Below, piece by piece: positions 1 through 10,626 of a stretch of DNA of 64,000 nt. Under the pieces are notes generated by a model. The model had not been told where the DNA came from and did not search any database. It was given only the letters and a program-made list of their open reading frames with translations. The stretch spans positions 714-64,713 of the forward strand of contig JAFMMM010000002.1 of assembly GCA_017859815.1 (NCBI GenBank). The letters run 5' to 3'. The DNA comes from Planctomycetota bacterium (GTDB lineage: Bacteria; Planctomycetota; Planctomycetia; Planctomycetales; Planctomycetaceae). Numbering within the stretch: position 1 is the first letter of the stretch; each line of letters begins with the position of its first letter. Both the position numbers and the translations under genes were made by a program.

Positions 1-1045
1 GTTTCCGCAGCTCGGTCAGTGCATCGACGATTTTGCTGTGATTCGGTCGTGTACCGGGGATCAGGTGGTTCATTCCGCGGCGCAGTACGAACTGTTTTCC
101 GGGCGCACGATTCCCGGCTTCCCAAGTATGGGCGCCTGGTCCATCTTTGGCCTCGGTGCGGAATCGGATTCACTGCCGGCCTACGTGGTTCTGCCCGATC
201 CTCTGGGAGCACTGGAGGCCGGGCAGCCGATGTACATGAACGGCTTTTTGCCAGCGTCCTGTCAACCCACGATGCTGCGTCCCGGGGAACGTCCGGTACT
301 GAATCTGGAATTGCCGCCGCATGTGGAACCGGAACAGCGGGCTCGCACCCTGCAGTTGATTCAGCAATTGAATACGACGTCCGCCAACTCAACGGATACC
401 GAACTGCAGGCTCGTATTTCCGCCTATGAACTTGCCAGTCGCATGCAGCAGTCGGCGCCGGATGTATTTGATCTGACACGGGAAAGCCGGGAGACACTGG
501 AACTCTACGGAGTCGGCAGTCAGCCCACGGACGATTACGGTCGCCGCTGTCTGCTGGCTCGCCGAATGGTAGAACGCGGTGTGCGATTCATCTGCGTCGT
601 TTCCGGCGGCGGCCCGGGTAACATGCAGTGGGACGCCCATGCCGACATTGAGGAAAACCATCTGCGGAAGGCACGAGAAACGGATCAGCCAGTTGCGGCT
701 CTGATGCAGGACCTGAAGCGTCGCGGTTTGCTGGACGAAACGCTGGTGCTCTGGGGTGGTGAGTTTGGACGTTCGCCGGAAGCACAGGGCGGCAAAGGTC
801 GGGATCATCACAATCTGGGATTCACCATGCTGATGGCCGGCGGAGGCATTCGCGGTGGCGTGGTGGAAGGCAGCACGGATGAAATTGGCCTCAACGCCAT
901 TGAAAAGCCGCATCACTTTCGAGATCTTCACGCCACAATGCTGCATCAGCTGGGCCTCGATCAGCATCAGTTGACATGGCATCACCAGGGCCGCGACGAG
1001 CGTTTGACCTTTCTCGAAGGCAACGTGATTCACAGCATTCTGTGA
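1..1045 (+). CDS. DUF1501 domain-containing protein (sulfatase-like fold), 5' end outside window
   Basis: The frame is open from base 2 (FPQLGQCIDDFAVIRS...), so the listed GTG at 38 is internal. The C-terminal block GGEFGRSPEAQGGKGRDHHNLGFTMLMAGGGIRGG..GSTDE parallels the second DUF1501 gene here (48702..50225: GEMGRTPKANAQWGRDHWS..AGGGIPGG..GTSD). Confidence 0.85.
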   Translation, partial: FPQLGQCIDDFAVIRSCTGDQVVHSAAQYELFSGRTIPGFPSMGAWSIFGLGAESDSLPAYVVLPDPLGALEAGQPMYMNGFLPASCQPTMLRPGERPVLNLELPPHVEPEQRARTLQLIQQLNTTSANSTDTELQARISAYELASRMQQSAPDVFDLTRESRETLELYGVGSQPTDDYGRRCLLARRMVERGVRFICVVSGGGPGNMQWDAHADIEENHLRKARETDQPVAALMQDLKRRGLLDETLVLWGGEFGRSPEAQGGKGRDHHNLGFTMLMAGGGIRGGVVEGSTDEIGLNAIEKPHHFRDLHATMLHQLGLDQHQLTWHHQGRDERLTFLEGNVIHSIL

Positions 1046-1152
1046 CTGATTGCAAACAGAGACTTTTCGGCCGCACAGCATGAGAGTGAATCTCCCGGCA
1101 GTCCGGTGACAGCACGCGGGCAGCCACGCCAACTCTTGCGGACAAAACAACC

Positions 1153-1833
1153 ATGGATGCGGAACGACTGCGGCGGGAAATTGCTCATCAGGCGGCTCAA
1201 CTGCTGTATCGCAAGCAGGAAAACAGCTTCGTTGAGGCTCGCTGGCGGGCGGCCCGATCCATCACCCGTCGCTATCTGCCAACTGCCGCACTACCAACGG
1301 ATTTTGAAATCCGCCAGGCTCTCGATCAGGTCATGGGGGAAATCCCGGCCATCTCCGAGTCCGTTTCAACAACTCACAAACGCGATCGCCTGCTGGGTTT
1401 GCTGCTGCCTCTGGATCGAGTCCGCTGGAAGTCCCCGGACCACCCGGAAGATGATGTTCTGTTTCACTGCCTGCAGGTATTTGAACTCGCCCGCGATCGC
1501 TGCGTCTGGGATCGTGAACTGCATGCCGCAGCCCTGCTGCATGACGTGGGTCAGGCAATTGATCGTGAACAGCCCATTGATGCAGCGGTGGCGATGCTGC
1601 AGGATCTTGTCCCCCCGAGGACACTGGAGCTGATTCAGCAACTGGAACTGGCGACATTGGTTTTTCGAGGTCAGGCCGGTGCTCGAGCAACTCGCAGAAT
1701 TCGTCAGTGTGAAGATGCCGAAACGCTGGAGATGCTGGCCGAATGCGATCAACAGGGACGGATTCCCGGTCGGCCGGTCTGTACGCCGGAAGAAGCCGTG
1801 GACTGGATCCTGGAAGATGATGAAACGGACTAA
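1153..1833 (+). CDS. HD-domain (metal-dependent phosphohydrolase-like) protein
   Basis: 226-aa ORF with an ATG start. It has His...His-Asp spacing (HCLQVFELARDRCVWDRELHAAALLHDVGQAI), typical of HD-superfamily proteins. No finer assignment is possible. Confidence 0.6.
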   Translation: MDAERLRREIAHQAAQLLYRKQENSFVEARWRAARSITRRYLPTAALPTDFEIRQALDQVMGEIPAISESVSTTHKRDRLLGLLLPLDRVRWKSPDHPEDDVLFHCLQVFELARDRCVWDRELHAAALLHDVGQAIDREQPIDAAVAMLQDLVPPRTLELIQQLELATLVFRGQAGARATRRIRQCEDAETLEMLAECDQQGRIPGRPVCTPEEAVDWILEDDETD

Positions 1834-1950
1834 ACGTTTCACCGCTTGCTGAGAAGATACGCCGGCCGGATCACCGGACACTTCCAGAAGCGAAGAAGAA
1901 CAGCGCCGCAGCGGCGCGGCGGGTCTTCAGGCAGCGGTGGTGGCGAACGC

Positions 1951-4200
1951 TCAGCCTTCCGCGGATGTCGTATCGGTCATTACAGTCTGAGCGGGCTCCT
2001 CGTCCAGCCCTGTATCCGACGTCGCGCCGTGAGCGGCAATCCAGGGAGCAATCACAAGCGCGGCTACGGAAACCAGCTTCAGCAAAATATTCAGCGACGG
2101 TCCGGAGGTATCCTTAAACGGGTCACCGACGGTATCGCCCACAACCGCTGCTGCATGAGCATCGCTGCCACGTCCGATTTCTTCACCGTTGACTTCAACG
2201 CCACTCTCGATCATTTTCTTGGCGTTGTCCCAGGCACCACCAGCGTTGGACTGGAAAATCGCCAGCAGCACACCGCTGACAGTCACACCAGCCAGCAATC
2301 CGCCCAGCATTTCACCACCGCCAACAAAACCTACCAGCAACGGGAAGGAAACAGCCATCAGTCCTGGCAGAATCATTTCCCGCAGCGAAGCACGAGTTGA
2401 GATGGCGATGCAGGAATCACAGTCTGCCGCAGCAATGGCATCTTCAAGAACCTTACGGTCCTCCGGTGCCCAATCGCTTGTCGGCGTCTCACGATTTTGT
2501 CGGTACAGTTCCAGAGCCTGGGCCATCACCGGAACCTCACGGAACTGGCGGCGTACTTCTTCGATCATACTGCCGGCCGCTTTACCGACTGATCGCATGG
2601 CCATTGCAGAAAACAGGAATGGCATCATCGCACCGATAAACAGTCCGCACATGACATTGGGTGCTGCGACGTTGATGGTTTTCAGCTGAGCGGTGGTCAT
2701 GTAGGCACTGAACAGAGCCAGCGCGGTCAGCGAAGCGGAACCGATAGCGAATCCCTTGCCGATGGCTGCCGTGGTATTTCCGACGGCGTCCAGCCGGTCC
2801 GTCCGTTCGCGCACTTCACTGGGAAGACTGCCCATCTCAGCAATTCCGCCGGCGTTATCAGCAATTGGCCCGTAGGCATCAACGGCCAGCTGAATACCGG
2901 TGTTCGACAGCATACCGACCGCGGCAATGGCGATCCCGTACAACCCGGCCAGGCTGTGGGCACCGAGGATTGCGAAGGCGATCACCAGCATGGGAATCGC
3001 GGTTGAGATCATCCCAACGCTCATGCCGGAGATGACATTTGTCGCTGGTCCGGTCACCGACTGGAGAACAATGTCGTGGACAGGTTTCTTTCCGGCCCCG
3101 GTGTAGTACTCCGTGGCCAGTCCGATCAGCAGTCCCGCCCCTAACCCGATCAAGCTGGCTGTGAATACTCCCATACGATCCACAGTGATCCCTTCAGGCG
3201 ACACCCAGCCCGCCGGAAGGACCACAGAAATCAACACCAGACTGGACAGCAGCATAATTCCGGCAGAGATCAGTTCCGCGCGGTGCAGCGCTTTCTGCGG
3301 ATCAACATTTTCATCCCGTGAAACCAGCAGCGAACCGATGACCGAAGCCACAACGCCTGCTCCACCCAGCAGCAGCGGCAGCAACACCGGGCTGAGCGGA
3401 TCTGCGTCGGATGTAAACGTGCTTCCGGCGGCAACGGCCGCCCCCAGCACCATCGCGCTGATGATGGCCCCGACGTAACTTTCGAACAGGTCAGCACCCA
3501 TCCCTGCCACATCACCCACATTATCACCAACGTTGTCAGCGATGGTGGCAGGATTCAACGGATGATCTTCAGGAATCCCGGCTTCAACCTTACCAACGAG
3601 GTCTGCACCAACATCTGCAGCCTTGGTGTAGATTCCACCGCCAAGCCGAGCGAAGAGGGCAACTGAAGAGGCACCAAAAGAAAAACCCGTCAGCACATTA
3701 ATGACTCGCGGCATATCGGCGACAGAGTCACCAAACCACGAAAGAAAGAACAGGAACAGGGAGCTCAGTCCCAGAATGCCCAGCCCGACCACAGTCAGCC
3801 CCATGACGGAACCACCGCCAAAGGCCACCAGCAATGCCTCGGTGAGACTCTTTCGAGCAGCATTCGCCGTGCGAACATTCGCCAGCGTGGCAACACGCAT
3901 CCCGAAGAAACCCGCCAGGCCGGAGAACAAAGCACCTGTCAGAAATGACGCTGCAACCAGCGGGTGTGAACCACTGGACAAACCGGAGAGATACATCAGG
4001 CCCGCAACGACCAGTACAAATCCCAGCATCACCGAATACTCGGCCTTCAGAAACGCCATCGCGCCGCCCTGAATACGAGCGGCAATAGCCTGCATGGTCT
4101 CATTGCCGGGGTCCATTGCAGCAATCTGGCGAAAACGCCAGAAGCTGAAGACCAGTCCAGTCAATCCGATCAAAGGTACGGCATACAACAACGGGGACAT
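1951..4200 (-). CDS. hppA: Membrane-bound pyrophosphate-energised cation pump (K+-dependent-type signature)
   Basis: Polytopic protein with the signatures [31 protein letters not shown] and [10 protein letters not shown]. Ala rather than Lys in GNTT[A/K]A is the form linked to K+-dependent pumps. Start placed at ATG 4200 (GGAG 5 nt upstream) rather than ORF-track 4233. Confidence 0.95.
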   Translation of the reverse strand: MSPLLYAVPLIGLTGLVFSFWRFRQIAAMDPGNETMQAIAARIQGGAMAFLKAEYSVMLGFVLVVAGLMYLSGLSSGSHPLVAASFLTGALFSGLAGFFGMRVATLANVRTANAARKSLTEALLVAFGGGSVMGLTVVGLGILGLSSLFLFFLSWFGDSVADMPRVINVLTGFSFGASSVALFARLGGGIYTKAADVGADLVGKVEAGIPEDHPLNPATIADNVGDNVGDVAGMGADLFESYVGAIISAMVLGAAVAAGSTFTSDADPLSPVLLPLLLGGAGVVASVIGSLLVSRDENVDPQKALHRAELISAGIMLLSSLVLISVVLPAGWVSPEGITVDRMGVFTASLIGLGAGLLIGLATEYYTGAGKKPVHDIVLQSVTGPATNVISGMSVGMISTAIPMLVIAFAILGAHSLAGLYGIAIAAVGMLSNTGIQLAVDAYGPIADNAGGIAEMGSLPSEVRERTDRLDAVGNTTAAIGKGFAIGSASLTALALFSAYMTTAQLKTINVAAPNVMCGLFIGAMMPFLFSAMAMRSVGKAAGSMIEEVRRQFREVPVMAQALELYRQNRETPTSDWAPEDRKVLEDAIAAADCDSCIAISTRASLREMILPGLMAVSFPLLVGFVGGGEMLGGLLAGVTVSGVLLAIFQSNAGGAWDNAKKMIESGVEVNGEEIGRGSDAHAAAVVGDTVGDPFKDTSGPSLNILLKLVSVAALVIAPWIAAHGATSDTGLDEEPAQTVMTDTTSAEG

Positions 4201-4401
4201 AAAGACTCCGATTTCCAAGCACTCCCCGCTCATTGCAGGTTTTTGAGGCAGACTTTCCTGGGGGACCTGTGAACCAATACTTGTAAAGGAATCAGGTATT
4301 CTGCTCTACATCAGCAGGCGCTGAAAGCAGAAGCCTGTGGCGATCTGATCAGGATTTGGCGGAGAAATCGCGGTGACAGCAGTGTGGGAAAACAGCGTAA
4401 G

Positions 4402-4443
4402 AAAAAAAGGAGCAGAGAGGGGCGGGAGTGCATCCGTCTGCTC
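4402..4443 (-). terminator. Possible intrinsic terminator after the 1051-aa gene
   Basis: On the minus strand GAGCAGA...TCTGCTC arms enclose a 21-nt interior and are followed by T7. It lies about 117 nt past the stop at 4560. The large loop makes it weak. Confidence 0.3.
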
Positions 4444-4559
4444 GATTAGCACGAATTTGCATTCGAGAATTGCGAATGATGATGAAATGTTCAACCAGGT
4501 CAACCGGTATCCAAAAGTCTCTTTGACATGTTTGGAAATCGGTGTTTTCCCACTTCGGC

Positions 4560-7500
4560 TTACTGCGAAATCCCCAGCCGATCAAACAGTTGATTCAGGC
4601 CTCGATTCAACTGCTCGTCCGCTCGCTTTTGAATTCGCTGCTGCAGTTGGCGAACACCCGCATCGCGAAGGGCACCCGCAAGGTCCGGAACCGGACGAGT
4701 CACCGTTCCCCCTACCGGAATCAGTACCTGCAAATCTGCCGCGGAACGACGCACCGGTAAAGACAATTCCAAAGCCAGACTTTCGTCGAATCCAATCCGT
4801 CCGGATGAGGTCAGGGACCAGTCATTCAGCAACAACTGCAACTGGTCGTGCTGCACATAACCATCAGTGACTGTTACCGGGATCTCCTGTCGAGGAAGCT
4901 CAAGACTCAAACGATGCAGCGGTGACTCTGCCGTTGAACCCCGCAGGATCCGCTGGCCGGCAGACAGCAGCACCTCCGCAAATTCTCCCGGTTTCGCTTC
5001 GAGATGCTCAATGTTCAGCATCAGAGACGCTCGCGAGTCCATTGGCGCAAGCGTTGACCAGTTGAATTCCTGCACTCGTGCAGACACCGTTCCAGTCAGC
5101 TCCGTGGACTCGGCGAGGAGTGGGGAAAGACTGGCCAGCCAGTATGTACCGATTTCTTCGCTCAGGCGGATCTGTTCGATGCGGCTGCCTGGTGCCAGTT
5201 GCAGTCTGCCACTGCCAAAGTCATATCGCGGTGTGATCGTCATCGTGCCGCCATTCAGACTGCACTGAATCGGGGACGTGCCAATTTCATCATTGCGCAA
5301 CACCACGTCGGCAGTGCCAGGCCCAACCACGAATCCCGGCATGCGAGCCGAATCCCAGCGAATTTGCGCGGTTCCCTCCACCACGTGACTTGCCGCAGCA
5401 CTGCCGACGGCGGGACCTTTCCGCAACAGCAGCGAAACCTGGCTTTCACCAGCCCCCTGCAGCTGAACTCCGGATTCCGCGGCGAAGACCTGCTCGCTGA
5501 GCCGATTCAGGTCATACTGGACACGGCAACTGAGCGTCCCCACCGGACCGGAGTTGGTCGATTGCAGCGACCCCATGATCTTTCCGGACAGTCCGGGCAG
5601 CGCAAAACTTCCACTGGAGATTTCCCACTGCTCGGTGGATTCCAATGCGGTACCGCTCAGAACAATACGGGCCTCGCTGACCTCCAGCACTGACTGTGCA
5701 GACAATGCCCGATTCACTCCTTTCGGAGATCGGGCAAACAGGCTTCGGCGAACAGGTGCCGCAGGAGTGACCAGCACCGACAACTGCAACTCCCGCCCCG
5801 GCAGTGAGCTCACTCGAGCAACAACTTCGGCAGCGGGTGAGAGGATCGGGAATCCAGTCAAATCAAACAGCAGGGGACGCAGAGTGGCTGAGTGAGACTG
5901 CAGTGATACGGTCCCCGCAAGACACTCCGGAAAAGACGCCCGTGGCGTAATCAGCAGACCGGGCGACTCCATCCGAAACTCGGCCGAAGTGATGGCCGAC
6001 GGCCCCAACTCATACACGTCGCCACTACATTTCAGAAGTGCATCCAGTTGCAGCGGCTCGCTGAGGGACAACGACGGCAGCTGCAACAGAGAACTGAAGT
6101 GGCTTTGCAGTGAATCCGGATTGACCCAGCCCTGCAGCTTCCACCATTCTCCCTCAGGAGCCAGTTCCAGCTGGCCGAATTCTGCCGACGCTGCAATATC
6201 GGTGAGCACGGGGCGGTCATCGAGCCACCCACCTTCGATACTGACGGCGACGTCGGGAAGTGTCAGCTGACCGCCAACCGGCTCCAGCAATCTCATTCCA
6301 GTCGCTGAAGCGGTGGCCTGCCACCCGGAGACAGACTGGTTCGTTTTGGTTGTCACGGAGACGGCGACATCACCGGACCGGAACGGCTGAACTCCCAGTG
6401 TGCGCAATGTTTGTGGAATCCCGGTGGACAGCCCCGTCAGGCTGCACTGAGCTCTCATTTCGAAAGGACGAATCGAAACACCACCGCCCCACGGAAACTC
6501 TCCATTGCCAAATAAACTTAACAGTTCTGATTCGATCATCAGACTGTCCAGAAGAACACCATTTTCGGACAAGGCGAAAGACCCGCTGGCCACGGTTGCC
6601 CCGGGCCGCAGCCATTCGTCCGCTGACCAGCTGTGATCTCGAAATCCCGGTTCAGCAAGATCGAATTTTACACGCCCGGTCACATTCTTCCCAAACTCTG
6701 ACGGCTTTAGCTGCAGTTCCACTGCGCCAGTCGCCTGCCCCTGCAGACCAAGCTGAATCCCGAACAGACTGAGAAACGGCTGCAACAACTTCAGATCAAC
6801 ATGATTCAGACTGACGAGCAGTTTTTGTTCTGCGCTTCCCGCGACATCATCGCTGCGAATTTCGAGCGAAGAAATAACGCTGTCTGGTGTCTCCGGAAAG
6901 ATCTCGTCGTCGACAGGCGACAGCAGTGGCGTGTCCGACAACAAATCGGCCGACGCTGTGCGCATCAAACCCGAGGAGATTCGCGAGTTTCCCGTCGACA
7001 ACTGTTCCGGAAAAACCAGCAACCGCAGTCGGGGCAGCAGATAATTTCCCGCAAGATCTGAGATCTCACCATCGAAACCACTGAGACTGATGATCTGAGT
7101 TCCCGCCAACGGTGCTTCTGCGGGAACCCGCAGCAGCACGGTGGTGTCACGCAGCATCACCGACCAGGCCGAATCGGATTCCGGCTCATCTGCTGAATCG
7201 GTCGCGGCAATCCAGCGTCGCAGCGGCTCCGGTAGCCAGTCTGTGCGATCAGCGTCGATTGGCCCCAGCCTCGCGGATTCGACCTTCAGGCTGATTCCGT
7301 TTCCGCCGCTCACAAGGATCTGCCACAATGGCTGATCCGCCACAATCCGCTTCACGGTCAACAGATCATCCGGTGCGATCAGTTCCGACGACTGTGTCTC
7401 GGCAGAATTCTCGATTGCCGACTCAGCATTCGCAGCAACCGAAAGACCACGAATTTCGGGCGGGCTCCACCAACTCAAAGTAACGCTGTCGAAAGCCACA

Positions 7501-7715
7501 ATCCCACCCAGTTCCGGATCAACGGCTGACAACAGGAGTGGAGCTGTTCCGGTCAGACTGATGATCTGCGGTGCGGTGCACAGGAGCACGCCGGCGGTCA
7601 CCACGAATTTGGTCAGGAAAAGTACACGACGCAGGCGCGTGCGAGTCGACGCATAGCTGCCGGATCCGGAATCCCGAGACGGCTGTAAGTCTGATGGTAG
7701 CGCGACTTTCACCAT
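4560..7715 (-). CDS. Large membrane-anchored hypothetical protein (AsmA/TamB-like architecture, inferred)
   Basis: 1051-aa ORF with an ATG start. A basic N-terminus is followed by one TM helix (FLTKFVVTAGVLLCTAPQII). The rest is S/L/G/V-rich without further TM segments, and the C-terminal motif is IPVGGTVTRPVPDL. The family assignment rests on architecture only. Confidence 0.75.
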   Translation of the reverse strand: MVKVALPSDLQPSRDSGSGSYASTRTRLRRVLFLTKFVVTAGVLLCTAPQIISLTGTAPLLLSAVDPELGGIVAFDSVTLSWWSPPEIRGLSVAANAESAIENSAETQSSELIAPDDLLTVKRIVADQPLWQILVSGGNGISLKVESARLGPIDADRTDWLPEPLRRWIAATDSADEPESDSAWSVMLRDTTVLLRVPAEAPLAGTQIISLSGFDGEISDLAGNYLLPRLRLLVFPEQLSTGNSRISSGLMRTASADLLSDTPLLSPVDDEIFPETPDSVISSLEIRSDDVAGSAEQKLLVSLNHVDLKLLQPFLSLFGIQLGLQGQATGAVELQLKPSEFGKNVTGRVKFDLAEPGFRDHSWSADEWLRPGATVASGSFALSENGVLLDSLMIESELLSLFGNGEFPWGGGVSIRPFEMRAQCSLTGLSTGIPQTLRTLGVQPFRSGDVAVSVTTKTNQSVSGWQATASATGMRLLEPVGGQLTLPDVAVSIEGGWLDDRPVLTDIAASAEFGQLELAPEGEWWKLQGWVNPDSLQSHFSSLLQLPSLSLSEPLQLDALLKCSGDVYELGPSAITSAEFRMESPGLLITPRASFPECLAGTVSLQSHSATLRPLLFDLTGFPILSPAAEVVARVSSLPGRELQLSVLVTPAAPVRRSLFARSPKGVNRALSAQSVLEVSEARIVLSGTALESTEQWEISSGSFALPGLSGKIMGSLQSTNSGPVGTLSCRVQYDLNRLSEQVFAAESGVQLQGAGESQVSLLLRKGPAVGSAAASHVVEGTAQIRWDSARMPGFVVGPGTADVVLRNDEIGTSPIQCSLNGGTMTITPRYDFGSGRLQLAPGSRIEQIRLSEEIGTYWLASLSPLLAESTELTGTVSARVQEFNWSTLAPMDSRASLMLNIEHLEAKPGEFAEVLLSAGQRILRGSTAESPLHRLSLELPRQEIPVTVTDGYVQHDQLQLLLNDWSLTSSGRIGFDESLALELSLPVRRSAADLQVLIPVGGTVTRPVPDLAGALRDAGVRQLQQRIQKRADEQLNRGLNQLFDRLGISQ

Positions 7716-7972
7716 GGCACAGTCCGCAGCTTACAGCCCCATTTCAAGGATCGGGATTTGCTGCGGAGATTGAATTCCGGGGCGAGACAATGCCTCAGAA
7801 CACCTGACGAAGAAGTTCAGAAGAACCGCAGTGATTCACTTCTTCTATCGGTCGGATCAGGCACGAACAGCCAGAATCAGCGGCATCCCCCCGCATGGAT
7901 TTGTATTGCGGCGCGCACGAATTCCTGAGAGGAGAGCTGCGGAAAATAGGCAGGCAGGCCCAACCGGGAAGC

Positions 7973-8779
7973 TCAGCGAGTCCGGGAAACCAGAATGGAC
8001 TGCTGATATCGCAGCAGTGGCACCTGCTGGATACCGGGCGACTGCGAAAGTTCTTCCCAGCGACCGATCAGCACCTGATCCTCCGGCGTCAGTCCCATCG
8101 TAAACTGGTGCTCGGCGCGCAACAGCCGTCCGGACGGATCGTGTTGCTGACGCTCTACCGAAACCGGTACGCGAGCATGGCGCCGCAGTGCGGCATTCAC
8201 AACCATCCGGGGCTCGGGAAACAGACTTCCCGGATGCAGCACGGAGTTCAGTTGAGCAGCCCAGTCTCGATAGGCCAGGTATTCCTCCACCTGCTCCGCA
8301 TTCTTCCAGTCGCGAGTATGCACACGGTAGCTAAAATGAGACGCCGAAAGCGTGACCATGCCGCTGGCCGCATCATATTGCTCCCTGAACTCAGGCTGCA
8401 GCTGAAAACGCAGCAGCTCCCGGTCGGCCTCCCGCCCCGAAACCAGCTGGGGATCCTCAAGCAGCTCCTTCGTGCGGCGGACACGATGTTCCATCTGATG
8501 ACGGATCTCGTCAAACGAAACGGTTGTGGACAGTTTGCGTTCCGGATTCAGGACAATGCAGCGTTTTCCCGCCGGATCATAAATCACCAGCTCATCAGCA
8601 GCAGCCACATAGTCGTAAATCCTGCCGCTGTGACAGAGCGTCAGACTGGAGCCAATGTTCTGATCCTTCCCTGTCGCCTGTTTGGCAAAAACCTGGGTTG
8701 AAATTCGCAGGCCCTGAGCAGCGCAGAAAGGCAGACAGTTGAGAATCAGGAGGACATTCAAAAGGACTCGCAGCTTCAT
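7973..8779 (-). CDS. Secreted hypothetical protein
   Basis: 268-aa ORF with a clear signal peptide (MKLRVLLNVLLILNCLPFCAAQG) and balanced composition. No recognisable motif. Confidence 0.7.
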   Translation of the reverse strand: MKLRVLLNVLLILNCLPFCAAQGLRISTQVFAKQATGKDQNIGSSLTLCHSGRIYDYVAAADELVIYDPAGKRCIVLNPERKLSTTVSFDEIRHQMEHRVRRTKELLEDPQLVSGREADRELLRFQLQPEFREQYDAASGMVTLSASHFSYRVHTRDWKNAEQVEEYLAYRDWAAQLNSVLHPGSLFPEPRMVVNAALRRHARVPVSVERQQHDPSGRLLRAEHQFTMGLTPEDQVLIGRWEELSQSPGIQQVPLLRYQQSILVSRTR

Positions 8780-8944
8780 TCCGGGCGGCTCCGCATGAGG
8801 GCAGTAACAGCAGATCGAATCCGAAACCAGCGGAATTCATTTTCTGACCTGCAGCAACAGGCTAATCCGAGAGAACGGCGTGCCTCAACTGCGGTTTGCC
8901 GGTGGTCGTCGAGCAAAGCACGGAAATTCGTTGGACGAGCTGTG

Positions 8945-8963
8945 AAAACGGCAGACTCTGCCG
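8945..8963 (-). terminator. Small hairpin plus T4 immediately after the 347-aa gene
   Basis: On the minus strand CGGCAG-AGT-CTGCCG is followed by TTTT, about 10 nt past the stop at 8974. The short stem makes this a weak call. Confidence 0.3.
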
Positions 8964-8973
8964 ATTTCCATGT

Positions 8974-10017
8974 TCACTCGAATCTCGACCCGGAGCCGTA
9001 ATCCGCTTCAACGGAAGACGAAGCATCTGCAGGGCCTGCTGCACCGCCTGCAGACGCTGCCTCGAACTGGTCGCGAGAGTCTTCCGCAGGCTGCTGCGGA
9101 TCTACCGCAGGCTGTCGGAAGATCAGCGGACGGCTGGATACATTAGCTGACGAGACAGGACGCAGAAGAATCATTTCGGGATCTGACAGACGATACGCTC
9201 TGGCTACTGCCGCAAGCTCCCGCCGGCGATCCGGATGAACACCATCAAGATCATGGGCCATGCCAATCACCCAGTGCGGATCCTGCTGCACTGCACGCGA
9301 CATCATCGCAGCATACAGTGAGACTTCGAACAGGTTGCGGTCCATCAGACTGTTGGTCACCGGCGACAACAGCTTCGCCAGTCCGGCTACTCCCACTGAA
9401 GGAAAATGCACGAACACATCCCCCGTTTGGCGCACGATATGTGTCCCCCGCTGATGTCGCGTAAACACGGTCCGAAAACGAATCAGCGCCGATGCCGTCA
9501 ACGGCCTGGGAAGCAGCACGTTGCGGTATTCGCCGGAACACACAAAGACGATCTCCTGATCGTCCTGATACAGAATCTCTGCAATCCCCTCAGAGCCGTC
9601 ACTGGCCGACGCCGAATACAGCTGCGGCCCGGTCTGCAGCATCTGAAATTCCGAGATTCCCATCACTCGCCAGGTACTCACAGCCACATCCGGATGCTTC
9701 AGAAGATAGCTGTAAATTTCGTGATCAATGGCGTAGTCCAGCTGGGGCAGGCGACGGAACTGGGTGCACGAATTCACAATCTCTGCAGCTCTGGCCCGAT
9801 TTGCACTCGACATCCGCTGCCATGGTATACTCGCGGCCGCCTGTTTTCTGACGTCCCCGGAAGACACGCCTTTGTTGACGATTTGAATTCCCGCTCGGGT
9901 CATCAGGTCTTCGTGCTGGTCTGCCTCGGTCTCGCCCGGCAGCAACAACAGTCCCGCCAGCAGCCAGCAGAACTTCAGTACGCCGATGTGCGGACCGACA
10001 GTGCAGCGAAGTGGCAT
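8974..10017 (-). CDS. Secreted hypothetical protein
   Basis: ORF-track 8974..10197. Start moved to ATG 10017, which gives the signal peptide MPLRCTVGPHIGVLKFCWLLAGLLLLPGETEA. The upstream 60 codons are R/S/C-rich and not protein-like. ATG 10044 is an alternative start. Confidence 0.7.
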   Translation of the reverse strand: MPLRCTVGPHIGVLKFCWLLAGLLLLPGETEADQHEDLMTRAGIQIVNKGVSSGDVRKQAAASIPWQRMSSANRARAAEIVNSCTQFRRLPQLDYAIDHEIYSYLLKHPDVAVSTWRVMGISEFQMLQTGPQLYSASASDGSEGIAEILYQDDQEIVFVCSGEYRNVLLPRPLTASALIRFRTVFTRHQRGTHIVRQTGDVFVHFPSVGVAGLAKLLSPVTNSLMDRNLFEVSLYAAMMSRAVQQDPHWVIGMAHDLDGVHPDRRRELAAVARAYRLSDPEMILLRPVSSANVSSRPLIFRQPAVDPQQPAEDSRDQFEAASAGGAAGPADASSSVEADYGSGSRFE

Positions 10018-10417
10018 GACATTTGTCGTGCAACCTGTGACCATCGATTTCCCCCGGAGCGACTGACCGAAAACGCAGTCGTTTCCCGTGACGTGCGAGA
10101 CGCTGAGCGAGAGACTGCAGGCACGCTGTTGAGCGTGGCTGACAGAAACCCGGCAGACATTCCGAAGACCTGGCTGTGCAGGCTGGTCTTCGCGCAATCC
10201 GTCCAGTCGCGTCGCTGGCCAGTCGCTGTGCTCCCCCCCTGGAAACCAGCTGGCCGTTGTACCCCTGCAGAGAGATCGGAAATCCGGAGCGCTTTATCAA
10301 CGGCAATTGAGGCCGTTGGTCGGGAAACGGGGTGGGGATCCTGCGTTTCCAGGTCCGTCCAGCAGGACATGCCGGTTGAAATGAAAATCGCCGGAGCAAG
10401 ATTCTCAATGTGGCACT

Positions 10418-10456
10418 GCAGGAATTCTCGCACCGGAGACCTGTGCGAATTCCTGC
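10418..10456. repeat. Strong inverted repeat / hairpin in the tyrS upstream region
   Basis: GCAGGAATTC(TC)GCAC - CGGAGACCT - GTGCGAATTCCTGC. This is 14 paired positions with a 2-nt bulge and a 9-nt loop. No U-tract on either strand. Confidence 0.85.
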
Positions 10457-10626
10457 ATCTTCGGTCAGCAGCAAGACAATCGACGCGGCATCGTCCGCAT
10501 ATTCCGCATCTTTCCCCCAGTGTGACATTCGAGGGGTTCTGTCTTGCCTGACACTCCCGTACCAAACTGCGCCCGGGGCCCAATTATCTGCTAAACTCTC
10601 GTGTGACTGCACAGCCTCGTTACATT

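Noticed and set aside
10300-10345. T-box riboswitch upstream of tyrS (GGGGTGGGGATCCTGCG vaguely resembles the T-box core GGGUGGNACCNCG)
   Set aside because: The match needs insertions and lies ~380 nt from the start codon rather than next to a terminator/antiterminator. I could not find a Stem I/specifier-loop arrangement with a UAC codon. It needs cmscan to be sure.
9406-10551. 381-aa plus-strand ORF, with overlapping minus-strand ORFs at 9725..10678 and 9975..10583
   Set aside because: It is antisense to or upstream of the secreted 347-aa gene. All are extremely R/C/S/P-rich with no motifs. The region 10018..10719 is treated as non-coding instead.
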